A stretch of DNA of 64,000 nucleotides from Acidobacteriota bacterium (GTDB taxonomy: Bacteria > Acidobacteriota > UBA6911 > RPQK01 > JAJDTT01). How positions within the stretch are numbered: position 1 is the stretch's first letter; every line of letters starts with the position of its first letter. A program made the translations under genes and the position numbers. The notes under the pieces are model-generated. The model was not told the DNA's origin. It searched no databases and saw nothing but the letters and a program-made list of their open reading frames with translations. Positions 29,099-39,086 of this stretch are shown here, piece by piece. The stretch is taken from assembly GCA_965209055.1 (NCBI GenBank), contig OZ242374.1, positions 3,616,001-3,680,000 of the forward strand, read 5' to 3'.

Positions 29099-29641
29099 AT
29101 GGGGACGGAAGCGGTGGATCGTTGGATGGAGGTCGCCTTGGAGGAGGCCCGGCAGGCCGCCCGTGAAGGAGAGGTGCCGGTAGGAGCCGTGCTGGTGCGC
29201 CATGGGGAGCTTCTGGCGCGGGACCACAACCGGAGCATCCAGAGATCCGATCCCACGGCCCATGCGGAGATCCTGGTCTTGCGAAGAGCGGGCGAGCTTC
29301 TGTCCAACTATCGATTGACCGGCTCGGACCTCTACGTGACGCTGGAGCCCTGCGCCATGTGCGCCGGCGCCCTGGTCTGGGCCCGGGTTGAGCGGCTGTT
29401 TTACGGCGCCCCGGACCTGAAGGCGGGAGCCGTATCCTCCCGGGTCGGCCTGTTGAAGCCGGGTCTGTTCAATCACGCCCCTGAGGTGGTGCCGGGCGTC
29501 CGGGAAGCGGAAGCGCGCCGGTTGCTGCAGGACTTCTTTTCCCGCCTCAGGACGAATCGCCGCGCCGGGGAGGGAGTCTCCCCCAGGAGAGCCGGAAGCC
29601 CCTTTACGGGACGGAAATCGGAGGATGTTCGTGCGGGTTGA
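29099..29641 (+). CDS. tadA: tRNA adenosine(34) deaminase
   Basis: GEVPVGAV, DPTAHAE, VTLEPCAMCAGA. Confidence 0.92.
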   Translation: MGTEAVDRWMEVALEEARQAAREGEVPVGAVLVRHGELLARDHNRSIQRSDPTAHAEILVLRRAGELLSNYRLTGSDLYVTLEPCAMCAGALVWARVERLFYGAPDLKAGAVSSRVGLLKPGLFNHAPEVVPGVREAEARRLLQDFFSRLRTNRRAGEGVSPRRAGSPFTGRKSEDVRAG

Positions 29642-30905
29642 GCTGGCGTACGGCAAGAACGGTCTTGAGGTGGAGCTTCCCGCGGAGGGGACGACGGTTC
29701 TGGAGCCCTCGTATCTCCCTGGGGTCCCGTGCGAAGAGGAGGCGCTCCGGCAAGCCTTCCGAAGTCCCATGGGCACACTCCCCCTGAGAGAGTTGGCGCA
29801 ATCCGGCCAGACCGTCGCCATCTCGGTATGCGACATCACACGCCCCATGCCCAGTTCCCGGGTTCTTCCCGTGCTGCTGGCCGAGTTGGAGCACGTGCCC
29901 AGGGATCAGGTCACCATCCTGGTGGCCACCGGCACCCACCGTTCCAACACCGTCGAGGAATTGGAGGGCATGTTGGGAGCGGAAGTGGTCCGCAACTACA
30001 GGGTCGTCAATCACCAGTCCTTCCGTCCCGAAACGCTCAGCTACCGGGGCGCCCTTCCCTCCGGGATTCCGGTTTGGCTCAACTCGATCTGGCTCGAGTC
30101 CGACGTGCGGATCACCACCGGCTTCGTAGAGCCCCATTTCTTCGCCGGGTTCAGCGGCGGACCGAAACTGGTGGCTCCGGGCCTGGCCGGGTTCGACACC
30201 ATCATGAAGCTCCACAGCGCTCCCCTGATCGCCCATCCGAGAGCCACCTGGGGGATCACCCGCGGCAATCCCATTCACGACGCCATCCGCGAAGCTGCCG
30301 CGCTCTCCGGCGTGGACTTCAGTCTGGACGTCACCTTGAATCGGGATCATGAGATCACCAGCGTGCATGCCGGCGAGATCTTCCGGGCCCACGGGTCCGC
30401 ATGCCGCTTTGCCAGGCAAACGGCCATGCAGCCGGTGGCCCGGCCCTTCGACGTGGTCGTCACCACCAACAGCGGTTATCCCCTGGACCTGAATCTCTAT
30501 CAATCGGTGAAGGGGATGTCGGCGGCGTCGCGAATCGTCCGCCGGGGAGGCGCCATCGTCTGTGCCGCGGAGTGCTCCGACGGGATCCCGGAACATGGCG
30601 AGTACCGCAGGCTTCTGGCCTCGACCACGGATCCCGCAAGTTTTCTGGATCGGATCCGCTGCGAAGACGTCACCACGCACGACCAGTGGCAGGTCCAGAT
30701 CCAGAGCCAGATCCAGCTCAAGGCCCGCGTCCTGCTGAAATCGGACGGGTTGACCCCCCACCAGGTTCGGAGCGCGCACCTGGAACCGGTTCGGGATCTG
30801 GAGGCCACCGTGCTGGGGTTGCTGGACGAAGCCGGTCCGGATGCCCGCCTCGGAGTCCTGCCCCAGGGCCCGCAGACCATTCCCTACCTGAGCACGCCAG
30901 GCTGA
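29625..30905 (+). CDS. larA: Nickel-dependent lactate racemase family (LarA)
   Basis: DITRP, ATGTHR, EPHFFAGFSGGPK, GYPLDLNLYQSVKG. Confidence 0.88.
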   Translation: MFVRVELAYGKNGLEVELPAEGTTVLEPSYLPGVPCEEEALRQAFRSPMGTLPLRELAQSGQTVAISVCDITRPMPSSRVLPVLLAELEHVPRDQVTILVATGTHRSNTVEELEGMLGAEVVRNYRVVNHQSFRPETLSYRGALPSGIPVWLNSIWLESDVRITTGFVEPHFFAGFSGGPKLVAPGLAGFDTIMKLHSAPLIAHPRATWGITRGNPIHDAIREAAALSGVDFSLDVTLNRDHEITSVHAGEIFRAHGSACRFARQTAMQPVARPFDVVVTTNSGYPLDLNLYQSVKGMSAASRIVRRGGAIVCAAECSDGIPEHGEYRRLLASTTDPASFLDRIRCEDVTTHDQWQVQIQSQIQLKARVLLKSDGLTPHQVRSAHLEPVRDLEATVLGLLDEAGPDARLGVLPQGPQTIPYLSTPG

Positions 30906-30932
30906 TTCGGGTGGAATCGGCCGGATGCCCGA

Positions 30933-32504
30933 TCAGCGGACGAACTGGAGGGCAAAGAGCTTCGTGTCCCTCATCACCAGGCGCAGGCGCACCGGCTGCC
31001 CGGCCAGGGAGGAAACGTCGGGGGAGCCTTTCCAGGAGGCCAGGTGGCGGACGCTGTTGCCGTTGACGCGGTGCGATTCGGCCAAGGTGAAGCCGGGGAT
31101 CGGAGCGCCGGCGGGATCCAGGATCTCGGTGCGGATGAAACCGCCGCCGCCGGTCTTGGCGTTGTACTGGAGCCTGGAACCGGTGAAGGTGAGGAGCGGC
31201 GTCGTAAGCTCTCCTCCCTCGTAGGCCGCGTCGGCCGAGACGAAACCGTCGAGGCGGAAGATGGCCCGGGCGGTCACGCAGGTCCAGTCGGCAGACTTGT
31301 CCATGGTCATATGCTCGCTGGGTAGACCGTTGTAGTAGAAGAAGAGCTGATCGCCGCTCTCGACCAGTCCGGCCCCATAGATCTGATGCTCCCAGGCCGA
31401 CCCTGGCGAACCCAGGGAGATCAGGGGCTGCCGGAAGGGCCGCTGCCAAACGATCCCGTCCCTCGAAAAGGTGAATTGGATCTCCAGGGTGTCAGTGGCT
31501 CCCGGGTCGACGCGATCGAAGTCGTCCGGGCGCCTGGAATACCACATGCTGGGAAACGCCACGTAGGCGTTCTGAGCCGGATAGTTGTAAGCGTAGATGG
31601 TGTAGACCTGCATGCCGTCGGGGTCCTGGAGATCCGGCTTGAGCACCACCGGAAGTTCGTCCAGCAGGCCGGTGACCGGAGATCCGGTCTGTCGCCCGAG
31701 CCGGCGGCGGGCCGGCGACATGAGGTCCAGGTCGAAGGCTTCACCGAGCCCGTGTTTGCCGGCGGTGGTCCGGCTGAAGACCCGCACCCGGTTGCGGGGA
31801 AGGTAGGCCCGGGGGTAGATGGCCCAGACGCCGGTGTCTTCGTCCCAGAAGACCGAGGTGGGCGCGCCCACGTAAAAGGGCATCACCGGCTCCGGGTCTC
31901 GCTGCCAGTAGACGCCATCGCCCGAGTACAGCAGGTAGACGCTCTGGGGATCGGCGTCCCGGGCCGGGGGCCAGGAGAACGAACTCGTATCGGGGGAGTC
32001 GTCCTGCATGATCCGATCGCGCTCTCCCCGGGCCCGCCCGACACGCGAGTAGAGCTTGTATCGCCGGTCCGGCGTGTCGAAAAGATCGATGAAGGGGCTG
32101 CCGAAGACGTCCAGGCCGATGATGTTCGTATCGAACCTCCCGGCGTACGGGACCAGGCCGAGATTCGGCTTGGTCCAGTGAACGCCGTCGTGGGAGACGG
32201 CCAGACAGAAATAACGGAGCCGGTAGGAGCGGTCGAAGCTGTTGTAGTACATGCGGTACAGGGCGCCGTCCCGAAGAACATGGGCGTACCCGCCCGCCCG
32301 CCCCTGTTCCCAGGGACGGTCCTTGAGGATGAGATTCTCCCGAGGTTGTTCGGGAAGGTTCAGCACCAGCTCCACGTTCCGGCTCGACTGGATCAGCCGC
32401 TGGTCCAGGAAGAGTTGTTTCTCGGAACCGATGGAAAGGGGAGCGGACTGGCCCGCCAGCGGCAGGGTGAGCAGGAAACCGATCAGGACAGTTGCGAGAA
32501 TCAT
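30933..32504 (-). CDS. Secreted hypothetical protein, glycosidase-like beta-propeller
   Basis: Signal peptide; S.DG..W repeats (SHDGVHW, SGDGVYW, SRDGIVW); RLDGFVS tail. Confidence 0.65.
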   Translation of the reverse strand: MILATVLIGFLLTLPLAGQSAPLSIGSEKQLFLDQRLIQSSRNVELVLNLPEQPRENLILKDRPWEQGRAGGYAHVLRDGALYRMYYNSFDRSYRLRYFCLAVSHDGVHWTKPNLGLVPYAGRFDTNIIGLDVFGSPFIDLFDTPDRRYKLYSRVGRARGERDRIMQDDSPDTSSFSWPPARDADPQSVYLLYSGDGVYWQRDPEPVMPFYVGAPTSVFWDEDTGVWAIYPRAYLPRNRVRVFSRTTAGKHGLGEAFDLDLMSPARRRLGRQTGSPVTGLLDELPVVLKPDLQDPDGMQVYTIYAYNYPAQNAYVAFPSMWYSRRPDDFDRVDPGATDTLEIQFTFSRDGIVWQRPFRQPLISLGSPGSAWEHQIYGAGLVESGDQLFFYYNGLPSEHMTMDKSADWTCVTARAIFRLDGFVSADAAYEGGELTTPLLTFTGSRLQYNAKTGGGGFIRTEILDPAGAPIPGFTLAESHRVNGNSVRHLASWKGSPDVSSLAGQPVRLRLVMRDTKLFALQFVR

Positions 32505-32527
32505 CCGGCAGAAGCCCGGCAACCGGT

Positions 32528-33274
32528 TCAGGCCATTCCGGCCTCTTGATGCTGTCTTCGAAGGTTGTCCCGGTAACGGCGGGCCGCGTCCTCGTCCATG
32601 CGGCAACTGACGCCTTTGTAGACCACTGCGAACGCGGGACGGTGCCGGTGATTGGAACGGTTGGGATCCGCACTGTGGATCATCATCCCGTGGTGGGCGG
32701 CCAGATCGCCGGGTTGCAGCACCACCCGGTGTTCACGGAGACGGTCCCGGGGGCCGTAGTCGGTGATTCCCTGGGAGAAGCCGATGACTTCCGTCGGGTT
32801 GTGCGGGCGGTAGCCTTCCAGGTGGGAGCCCGTGACGTATCGCAGGCAACCGTTTTCTTCGTCCACCGGCTGCAGCGGAAGCCAGAGGGTCACGACGTTG
32901 CAGGGGATCAGGCAGAAGTAGTAGTTGTCCTGATGAGGGGGCGTCGGGTGCCGGGTGTTGGGTGGCTTATTGAACCATTCCGTATTTCCTCTGACCGGCT
33001 CACCCACCAGCGTCTCGGCGAGAGAGACCAGCTTCGGATGACCGAGGAAATCCCGGAAGAAGGGGTCTTCCTCCATATCCTGGAGCTGTTTCAGGGTCTC
33101 GGGCTTTTCGGGGTCCTGGTAAAACGCCTTGCTGGGGGGCAATCCCGGCACGACGTCCCGGATGAAGCGGTTGACGTTGTCGGAAAGTTCCTGGAACTCG
33201 TCCTCTGTCAAGAACTGCCGGATGACGAGATGGCCATCCCGCTTGTAGTCCGCCCTGTATTCCTGGTAACTCAT
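32528..33274 (-). CDS. Phytanoyl-CoA dioxygenase (PhyH) family protein
   Basis: HQD, ENGCL.YVTGSH, IHSADPNRS; GGAGG RBS. Confidence 0.88.
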   Translation of the reverse strand: MSYQEYRADYKRDGHLVIRQFLTEDEFQELSDNVNRFIRDVVPGLPPSKAFYQDPEKPETLKQLQDMEEDPFFRDFLGHPKLVSLAETLVGEPVRGNTEWFNKPPNTRHPTPPHQDNYYFCLIPCNVVTLWLPLQPVDEENGCLRYVTGSHLEGYRPHNPTEVIGFSQGITDYGPRDRLREHRVVLQPGDLAAHHGMMIHSADPNRSNHRHRPAFAVVYKGVSCRMDEDAARRYRDNLRRQHQEAGMA

Positions 33275-33358
33275 GGACCCTCCTTGAAACCGCACCCGTC
33301 GTATGGCAAAAGGCAAATTTCATTATAGTGTGCTGCGTTGGGAAAGGCGCAAGCTCCA

Positions 33359-34357
33359 ATGTCCAAGCGACTCATCGTCACCGGTCCCCGAAACTCCCGG
33401 TTCCAGGAGGTTCCCGATCCTGACTGCCCGGCCGGCGCCCTGCTGGTCCGGGCGCGGATGACCGCCATCAGCACGGGGACCGAACTTCGCGTCTTTCGCG
33501 GGATTCCCGTGGACCGGGAGGGGAAGTACCTGTATCCGGGTTTTCCGCTGCAGTTTCCGGTGGAGAACGGATATTCCATGGTGGGAGAAGTCGTGGAAGC
33601 GGGATCCGGCGTCTCCGGTTTCCGGCCCGGCGACCGGGTCTTCGTTCCGCAGACCCACAAGCAGGCGGCAGTGTCGCCGGCCGATTCGGCCACTCGGCTT
33701 CCGGACGCCGTGCCGGACCATCTCGGAGTTTTCCTGAGCATCGTGGAAGTGGCTCATATCGCCCTGCGGCGAGGTGACGTCATGCCCGGAGAGAATGTGG
33801 CCATCATCGGATCGGGGCTCATCGGCCTCTCGGCGTTGGCCTACTGCCGCGTCTTCGGTTGCCGGACGGCGGTGGTGGACCTGGACCGGAGCCGTCTGAG
33901 GGTGGCCCGAACCATGGGAGCCGATTGGACCGGAAGCCCGGCCGAGGAGGGCTTCACGCATGGAATCATGGAATTTTTCGGAGGAGAAGGAGCCGACCTC
34001 GTGGTGGAGGCGGCCTCCACCTGGAAGGCCGTCGAGACGGGTTTGGACACCGCCCGTCCCGGGGGCAGGGTCGTCGTGGTGGCGCGCCACACCGACCAGC
34101 CCCATTTCAGTCCGGTGAACTATCCCTATTTGCGCAAGAACCTCTCCTTGAAGACCTCCTACGGACACCCGCCGGCAGGGCAACGCTGGGACCGCCGGCG
34201 GTCCATTGCTTTGACTCTGGATTACCTCTCCCGCGGACTTCTGCAATTTGCTCCCATGATCACCCACCAGTTCGAATGGGAGGACTTGCCGGACGTCTAT
34301 GCCAGGATGGACGCGGGAGAGGCGGAAATGATCGGCGTCTGCATCAACTGGACCTGA
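33359..34357 (+). CDS. Zinc-binding alcohol dehydrogenase family protein
   Basis: ISTGTE, GYSMVG, G.GLIG, ITH. Confidence 0.85.
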   Translation: MSKRLIVTGPRNSRFQEVPDPDCPAGALLVRARMTAISTGTELRVFRGIPVDREGKYLYPGFPLQFPVENGYSMVGEVVEAGSGVSGFRPGDRVFVPQTHKQAAVSPADSATRLPDAVPDHLGVFLSIVEVAHIALRRGDVMPGENVAIIGSGLIGLSALAYCRVFGCRTAVVDLDRSRLRVARTMGADWTGSPAEEGFTHGIMEFFGGEGADLVVEAASTWKAVETGLDTARPGGRVVVVARHTDQPHFSPVNYPYLRKNLSLKTSYGHPPAGQRWDRRRSIALTLDYLSRGLLQFAPMITHQFEWEDLPDVYARMDAGEAEMIGVCINWT

Positions 34358-34416
34358 TCACGCGGCGGTATTCCGTGAGACATGAAGTCGTCGGGCTTTT
34401 TGGCTCTCTTGGGGTA

Positions 34417-34444
34417 TTTACATTGGAAACCTCGTCTGTATAAT
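34417..34444 (+). promoter_or_regulatory. sigma70 promoter
   Basis: TTTACA-N16-TATAAT upstream of the OmpA gene. Confidence 0.55.
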
Positions 34445-34491
34445 TCCGACTGAGCATAGTTCTTCGAATTCATCCACAGGGGGGAAATGTT

Positions 34492-35745
34492 ATGGCTTGG
34501 AGAAAACGGTTCCTGGCGGTATCAGTGCTGGGTCTTGCGGTTCTGGTAGCGACGGGTTGTGTGAATCGTCCGCCCCAGATCGACTGCGGTGCCGGCACAG
34601 CTTCGGTAGTCGCGGGCAGTTCCGTGCAATTGACGGTTCAGGCCTCCGATCCCGACCGTTTCGGTTTCGGTGGAGACAGCGACAAGTTGACGCTTACGTG
34701 GTCCGCCACGCAGGGAAGGGTGTCGGGAGGCTCGTTGGACCAGGATGCCAACACACCGGTTTCGGTTTCCGCCACCTTCGACGCGACCGGCTTGGAGCCG
34801 GGCAAGGTCCAGGTCACGGCTGAGCTCGACGACCGGAAGCTGCAGGAGACCTGCTCTATCGACGTTACAGTCGAGAAGAACAAGCAGAAGCCCACCATCG
34901 CCTGCAACCCCAGCTCGGTGAGTGTGACCGAGGGGAAGAGCATTACGCTGAAGGCCAGCGCATCCGATGCCAACAACGATCCTCTGACCTACTCCTGGGC
35001 GGTTGACGGGAGTTCGGTGAGCGGCAACATGGCCAGCTTCCAGTTCGGGACCACCGGCCGTTCCGTCGGAGCCCACCGGGCCACGGTGACGGTCAAGGAC
35101 TCGGACAACATGACGGCCAGTTGCACCTTCAACGTGACCGTCGCGCGCAGGCCCAATACCGATCCCAAGGTGACCCTGAGCCTCGACAAGTCGGAGGTCA
35201 TGATGGGTGAGGCGGTCAAGGCCATGGCCAAGGCCAGCGACGCCGAAGGAGATCCCATCACCTACGCCTGGGCGGTGAACGGACGCAGCATGTCCGGTTC
35301 CGGCAGCAACTACACGGTCAACACCAGCGGAATGGGCGGCGGCTCTCACGCGGTTTCGGTCACGGCCAGCGACGATCGGGGCGGAAAGGGAATGGCCACG
35401 GCCTCCTTCAAGGTCCGCGAGAATATCGTCATTCAGGTCAACGGCCGACTGAACAACGTGGCCAAGGCCAAGCTGGACGAAATCGCCCTCAAGCTGCAGC
35501 AGAACCCGAGCCTGATGGCCACCATCACGGGCCACACCGACTCCGTGGGCAGCGAGAAGGGCAACATGAGGGCCGGAACCAAGCGCGCCGAGCGAGCGAA
35601 GGCCTATCTGACCACTCAGCACAGTGTCGGAGATTCCAGGATCGCCACCAAGAGCGCCGGCGAATCCATGCCCATCGCCGACAACAAGACGCGCGAGGGA
35701 CGCAAGGAGAATCGCCGGGTGGAAGTGGAACTCTACGTTCCGTAA
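34492..35745 (+). CDS. OmpA-domain lipoprotein with three Ig/PKD-like repeats
   Basis: Lipobox ATGC; three ASD..D.(L/I)T(L/Y).W repeats; GHTDSVG and NRRVE. Confidence 0.88.
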   Translation: MAWRKRFLAVSVLGLAVLVATGCVNRPPQIDCGAGTASVVAGSSVQLTVQASDPDRFGFGGDSDKLTLTWSATQGRVSGGSLDQDANTPVSVSATFDATGLEPGKVQVTAELDDRKLQETCSIDVTVEKNKQKPTIACNPSSVSVTEGKSITLKASASDANNDPLTYSWAVDGSSVSGNMASFQFGTTGRSVGAHRATVTVKDSDNMTASCTFNVTVARRPNTDPKVTLSLDKSEVMMGEAVKAMAKASDAEGDPITYAWAVNGRSMSGSGSNYTVNTSGMGGGSHAVSVTASDDRGGKGMATASFKVRENIVIQVNGRLNNVAKAKLDEIALKLQQNPSLMATITGHTDSVGSEKGNMRAGTKRAERAKAYLTTQHSVGDSRIATKSAGESMPIADNKTREGRKENRRVEVELYVP

Positions 35746-35801
35746 ACCCCAGACTCATGGGCTGGATGGAGTCCCGTCCGGTCCATGATCATAAAGTGAC
35801 G

Positions 35802-35840
35802 AAAATGCCTGCACCGCCTCCGGGTGGTGCAGGCATTTTT
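35802..35840. terminator. Bidirectional intrinsic terminator
   Basis: AAAATGCCTGCACC...GGTGCAGGCATTTT between convergent genes. Confidence 0.85.
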
Positions 35841-35921
35841 CATTTGAGATTCAGCCTCTTTACCGGTTTCCCGGGGGTATGAGGAACAAGGAGTCCTCGC
35901 CGGTCGGCGGCGAGAGGGCGG

Positions 35922-36524
35922 TCAGAGGTCCTGGCGCCCGGACAAAGCCCGGGTCAGGGTCAACTGGTCGGTGTATTCCAGGTCGCTCCCGATGGGGATG
36001 CCCAGCGCGATCCGGGAAACGCGAATCTCCAGGGGCTTGATGAGCTTGGAAAGATAGAGCGCCGTGGCCTCTCCTTCGGTGGTGGGATTGGTGGCCACGA
36101 TCACTTCCTTGACCTCGCCGTCGCGAAAGCGCTCGAAGAGGTTCCGCAACTTGAGATCCTCGGGGCCGATTCCGTTGATGGGAGAGATGGCTCCGTGGAG
36201 GACGTGGTAGAGGCCCCGGTACTGGCCCGTCTTCTCGATGGAGAGCACGTTGAAGGGCTCCTCCACGACACAGATGGTCTCCCGGTCTCGATTGACCTGC
36301 TTGCAGATGGAGCAGGGATCGGTTCCGCCGATGTGATTGCACACCGCGCAGAACACCAGGCTGCGTTTGAGTTCTCCGATGGCCTGGGCGAGCCGGTTGC
36401 ATTCGCTGTCGGGCTGACGGATCAGGTGGAAGACCAGCCGTTGCGCCGATTTGGGGCCGATGCCGGGGAGGCGCTTCAATTCGTCGACGAGTCTGTTGAT
36501 CGGGTCCGGGCGGTGTGTGTCCAT
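35922..36524 (-). CDS. recR: Recombination mediator RecR
   Basis: LPGIGPKSAQR, C4 zinc finger, YHVLHG, ATNPTTEGEATA. Confidence 0.95.
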   Translation of the reverse strand: MDTHRPDPINRLVDELKRLPGIGPKSAQRLVFHLIRQPDSECNRLAQAIGELKRSLVFCAVCNHIGGTDPCSICKQVNRDRETICVVEEPFNVLSIEKTGQYRGLYHVLHGAISPINGIGPEDLKLRNLFERFRDGEVKEVIVATNPTTEGEATALYLSKLIKPLEIRVSRIALGIPIGSDLEYTDQLTLTRALSGRQDL

Positions 36525-36547
36525 GACTCCTCCCAGTGAGATGCGGG

Positions 36548-36847
36548 TCAAAAAATTCCGCCGGTCAGATTGCTGACCCGGGAACTCATCATCTCATCGA
36601 CCTTGCGTCCCGCTTCGTTGACGGCAGCCAGGACCAGGTCCTGGAGCATCTCCACGTCTTCCGGATCCACGGCGTCGGGATCGATTACGATGGAATGCAT
36701 CTTCTTGGATCCGTCCATGACGACATGGACGGCGCCGCCGCCGCTGGTGGCCTCCACGCGGCTCTCGTGCATCTGGCGTTGCAACTGCTCCTGCATGATC
36801 TGAGCCTGCCTCATGAGGCCCTTGATGTTCTTTTTTCGCATCTTCAT
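36548..36847 (-). CDS. ybaB: YbaB/EbfC nucleoid-associated protein
   Basis: SGGGAV, DVEMLQDLVLAAVNEA; lies between dnaX and recR. Confidence 0.92.
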   Translation of the reverse strand: MKMRKKNIKGLMRQAQIMQEQLQRQMHESRVEATSGGGAVHVVMDGSKKMHSIVIDPDAVDPEDVEMLQDLVLAAVNEAGRKVDEMMSSRVSNLTGGIF

Positions 36848-36917
36848 GCGCGTTTACTCCTGTGAGCGTGTGGATCGAAACGCCATGGAATCGGCTGGAC
36901 GCGTTCCGTGAAGAGGG

Positions 36918-38561
36918 CTACGGGTTGCGTTCCACGATCACCTTGCTCGGAAACCGCTTCAGAAATGCCTTGACCTTCGGGTGCTCCGCAAGGTCCTCTT
37001 CCTCATCCTTCCCCGCCGGCTCCGCTTCCTGGAACCGGATCTGAAGCTTACAGGGGGATCCTGTCAACTGTCCCGACAGTTCGGCGAGGTGCTGCGCCTT
37101 TTCCTGAACCAAGCCGGCGTGGACCTGCTCGGAGGCGGGGAAGACGACGATCAGATCTCCGTCCTGAACCTGGCTGTCGGAGGAGTGCAGCAACGACGAA
37201 TAGAGTGCCGGAGCTTGATCCTGGACCGCGGCCAGGAGCCGGTCCCGAAATTCCTGCGGGTGTTGGACAGGCTCGGACCGGGCCGGTTCGGGGGCGGCGG
37301 GAGAGGTGGCCGGGGCGGGCGCGGCAGTCGTCTTGGCCGCTGGGTCCGGTCCGCTTGGAGCGGGTCGACCCCCGAACAGATCCCGGCTCTCCGGAGGATT
37401 TTCGGGTGTCCGCGCGGTTCCTTGGAAACGACCGGATTCGAGTTGTTCCAGGACGCTCTCCAAGCGGGGAAGTCCGGCCAGCTCGATGAGCTTCATGAAG
37501 GCCATTTCCAGGTGAAGGCCCGGATTGGGGTGCCACCGCATCTCTCCCCCACACCGGGTGAGCACGTCGAAGAACCGGATCAGGTCGGGAGTCGAAAACG
37601 CCTCCGCCTGCCGCGTCACCACCTCTTTCTGGCTGTCGGGAAGTTGGAGCAATCGTTCTTCCCAACCGCTGACCTGAAAGACCATGAGGTTGCGGACATG
37701 GGCCAGCATCCGGCCCGCCAGGTTCAACGGATCGACCCCGGACTCGACGGCATCCTGCATCCGCTGCAGCAGGGCCTGGGCGTCCCGCTCCTGAATGCAG
37801 TCCACGAGTCCGGCCACAAGTTTCTCGTCCACCACGCCCAGCAGTACGCGGACGTCCTCGTCGGAGACCTGCTTACCCGAAAGCGAAGTGATCTGCTCCA
37901 GAATCGACTGGCCGTCCCGCATGCTCCCCTTGGCGGCCGAGGAGATGGCCCTCAGGCCGTAATCGCTGATCTCGATCTCCTCGCTGGCGCAGATCCGTTT
38001 CAGGTGCTCCAGGATCAGCACGAAGGGGATCGGTTTAAGGTCGTATTCCTGGCAGCGGGAGGTGATGGTGACGGGGATCTTGGCGTGTTCCGTCGTGGCC
38101 AGGATGAACTTCACGTGAGGCGGAGGCTCTTCAAGGGTCTTGAGCAACGCGTTGAAGGCCGCGTTGGAGAGCATGTGGACCTCATCGATGATGTAGATCT
38201 TGAAGCGGTCGCGCGCCGGCGTGTAGCGGGCGCTCTCGCGAAGCTCCCGGATGTTGTCCACGCCGGTGTTGGAAGCGGCGTCGATCTCCAGGACGTCCAG
38301 GCTGTTGGCGGCGGCGATCTCGGTGCAGGAGACGCATCGGGAGCAAGGCTCCTCGGTCGGTCCCTTCTCGCAGTTCAGGGCCTTGGCCAGAATCCGGGCC
38401 GTGGTGGTCTTGCCCACTCCCCGTACGCCCGAAAAGAGGAAGGCATGGGCGATGCGTCCGCTGCGGAGGGCGTTCCGCAGAGCCCGGGTGACCGTGTCCT
38501 GACCCGCGACCTCATCGAAGGTCTGAGGGCGCCATTTCCGTGCCAGAACCACGTAGCTCAT
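36918..38561 (-). CDS. dnaX: DNA polymerase III gamma/tau
   Basis: LARKWRPQTF, GVRGVGKTT, IDEVHMLS, LLKTLEEPP, SRC. Confidence 0.96.
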   Translation of the reverse strand: MSYVVLARKWRPQTFDEVAGQDTVTRALRNALRSGRIAHAFLFSGVRGVGKTTTARILAKALNCEKGPTEEPCSRCVSCTEIAAANSLDVLEIDAASNTGVDNIRELRESARYTPARDRFKIYIIDEVHMLSNAAFNALLKTLEEPPPHVKFILATTEHAKIPVTITSRCQEYDLKPIPFVLILEHLKRICASEEIEISDYGLRAISSAAKGSMRDGQSILEQITSLSGKQVSDEDVRVLLGVVDEKLVAGLVDCIQERDAQALLQRMQDAVESGVDPLNLAGRMLAHVRNLMVFQVSGWEERLLQLPDSQKEVVTRQAEAFSTPDLIRFFDVLTRCGGEMRWHPNPGLHLEMAFMKLIELAGLPRLESVLEQLESGRFQGTARTPENPPESRDLFGGRPAPSGPDPAAKTTAAPAPATSPAAPEPARSEPVQHPQEFRDRLLAAVQDQAPALYSSLLHSSDSQVQDGDLIVVFPASEQVHAGLVQEKAQHLAELSGQLTGSPCKLQIRFQEAEPAGKDEEEDLAEHPKVKAFLKRFPSKVIVERNP

Positions 38562-38671
38562 GGATGAACCCGCCGTCTCGGAGAGGAGGCCGGAGTCCCG
38601 TTTCGAGGGCCGGAATCCGGGTCGATCCCGCCGCCGACGGACTCTCGAAGCCCCATACTATACCACTCCAA

Positions 38672-38833
38672 AACCGAGACGGGAGCGGGCTCGACGGCTG
38701 TCCGGAGCAGGCACCGTTCCTCGACTTGGAGCCGGCGGATTGGCTCCAATGAGCGGTGGAGGAGCACCGAATTGGACGTGCCGGGCCCGACTCGAAATCG
38801 GGGTGTTGTCCGATGATGAGCCGTCCACGCGGG
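38672..38833 (+). repeat. Degenerate direct-repeat copy of 43384-43542 (tRNA-Ser promoter plus 5' tRNA)
   Basis: Collinear by eye, e.g. CCGGCGGATTGGCTC and CCGGGCCCGACTCGAAATCGGG are identical in both copies. Confidence 0.9.
38758..38833 (+). pseudogene. Pseudo tRNA-Ser(CGA), lacking T-loop and 3' acceptor strand
   Basis: GGAGGAG start and intact anticodon arm, mutated D and variable arms, no GTTCGAATCC or CCA. Confidence 0.85.
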
Positions 38834-38968
38834 CTTGTACTCGAAACAACAGTTCCGAGTCGTCCTTCTGGCTGAATACCTCGCCAAAACATCTGATTAG
38901 AAAAAAATCTGGTTTATCATCGATAAGTCACGATATAGTCACTAAATCGGCCTTTTTGGGACTTGAAG

Positions 38969-38985
38969 TTGGCACCGATTTTGCT
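38969..38985 (+). promoter_or_regulatory. sigma54 (-24/-12) promoter
   Basis: TTGGCACCGATTTTGCT matches TGGCAC-N5-TTGCW, preceded by an AT-rich tract. Confidence 0.7.
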
Positions 38986-39086
38986 TGGTATTTCAAGGTT
39001 TCGTACGATCCTCCCAAACTGAGTACTGGTGACCCGAGTTGACCATCAACCTCAATGAGGAGAGCAAAATTCCGCCTTATCGAATT

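Noticed and set aside
37260-37420. Pro/Ala-rich low-complexity stretch and possible programmed frameshift in dnaX
   Set aside because: Normal tau linker; no A-run slippery site noticed
38562-38760. SRP RNA (ffs), often found beside dnaX
   Set aside because: No SRP domain IV motif (CAGG...GGAA..AGCAG) seen on either strand; the region is explained by the duplicated tRNA upstream block
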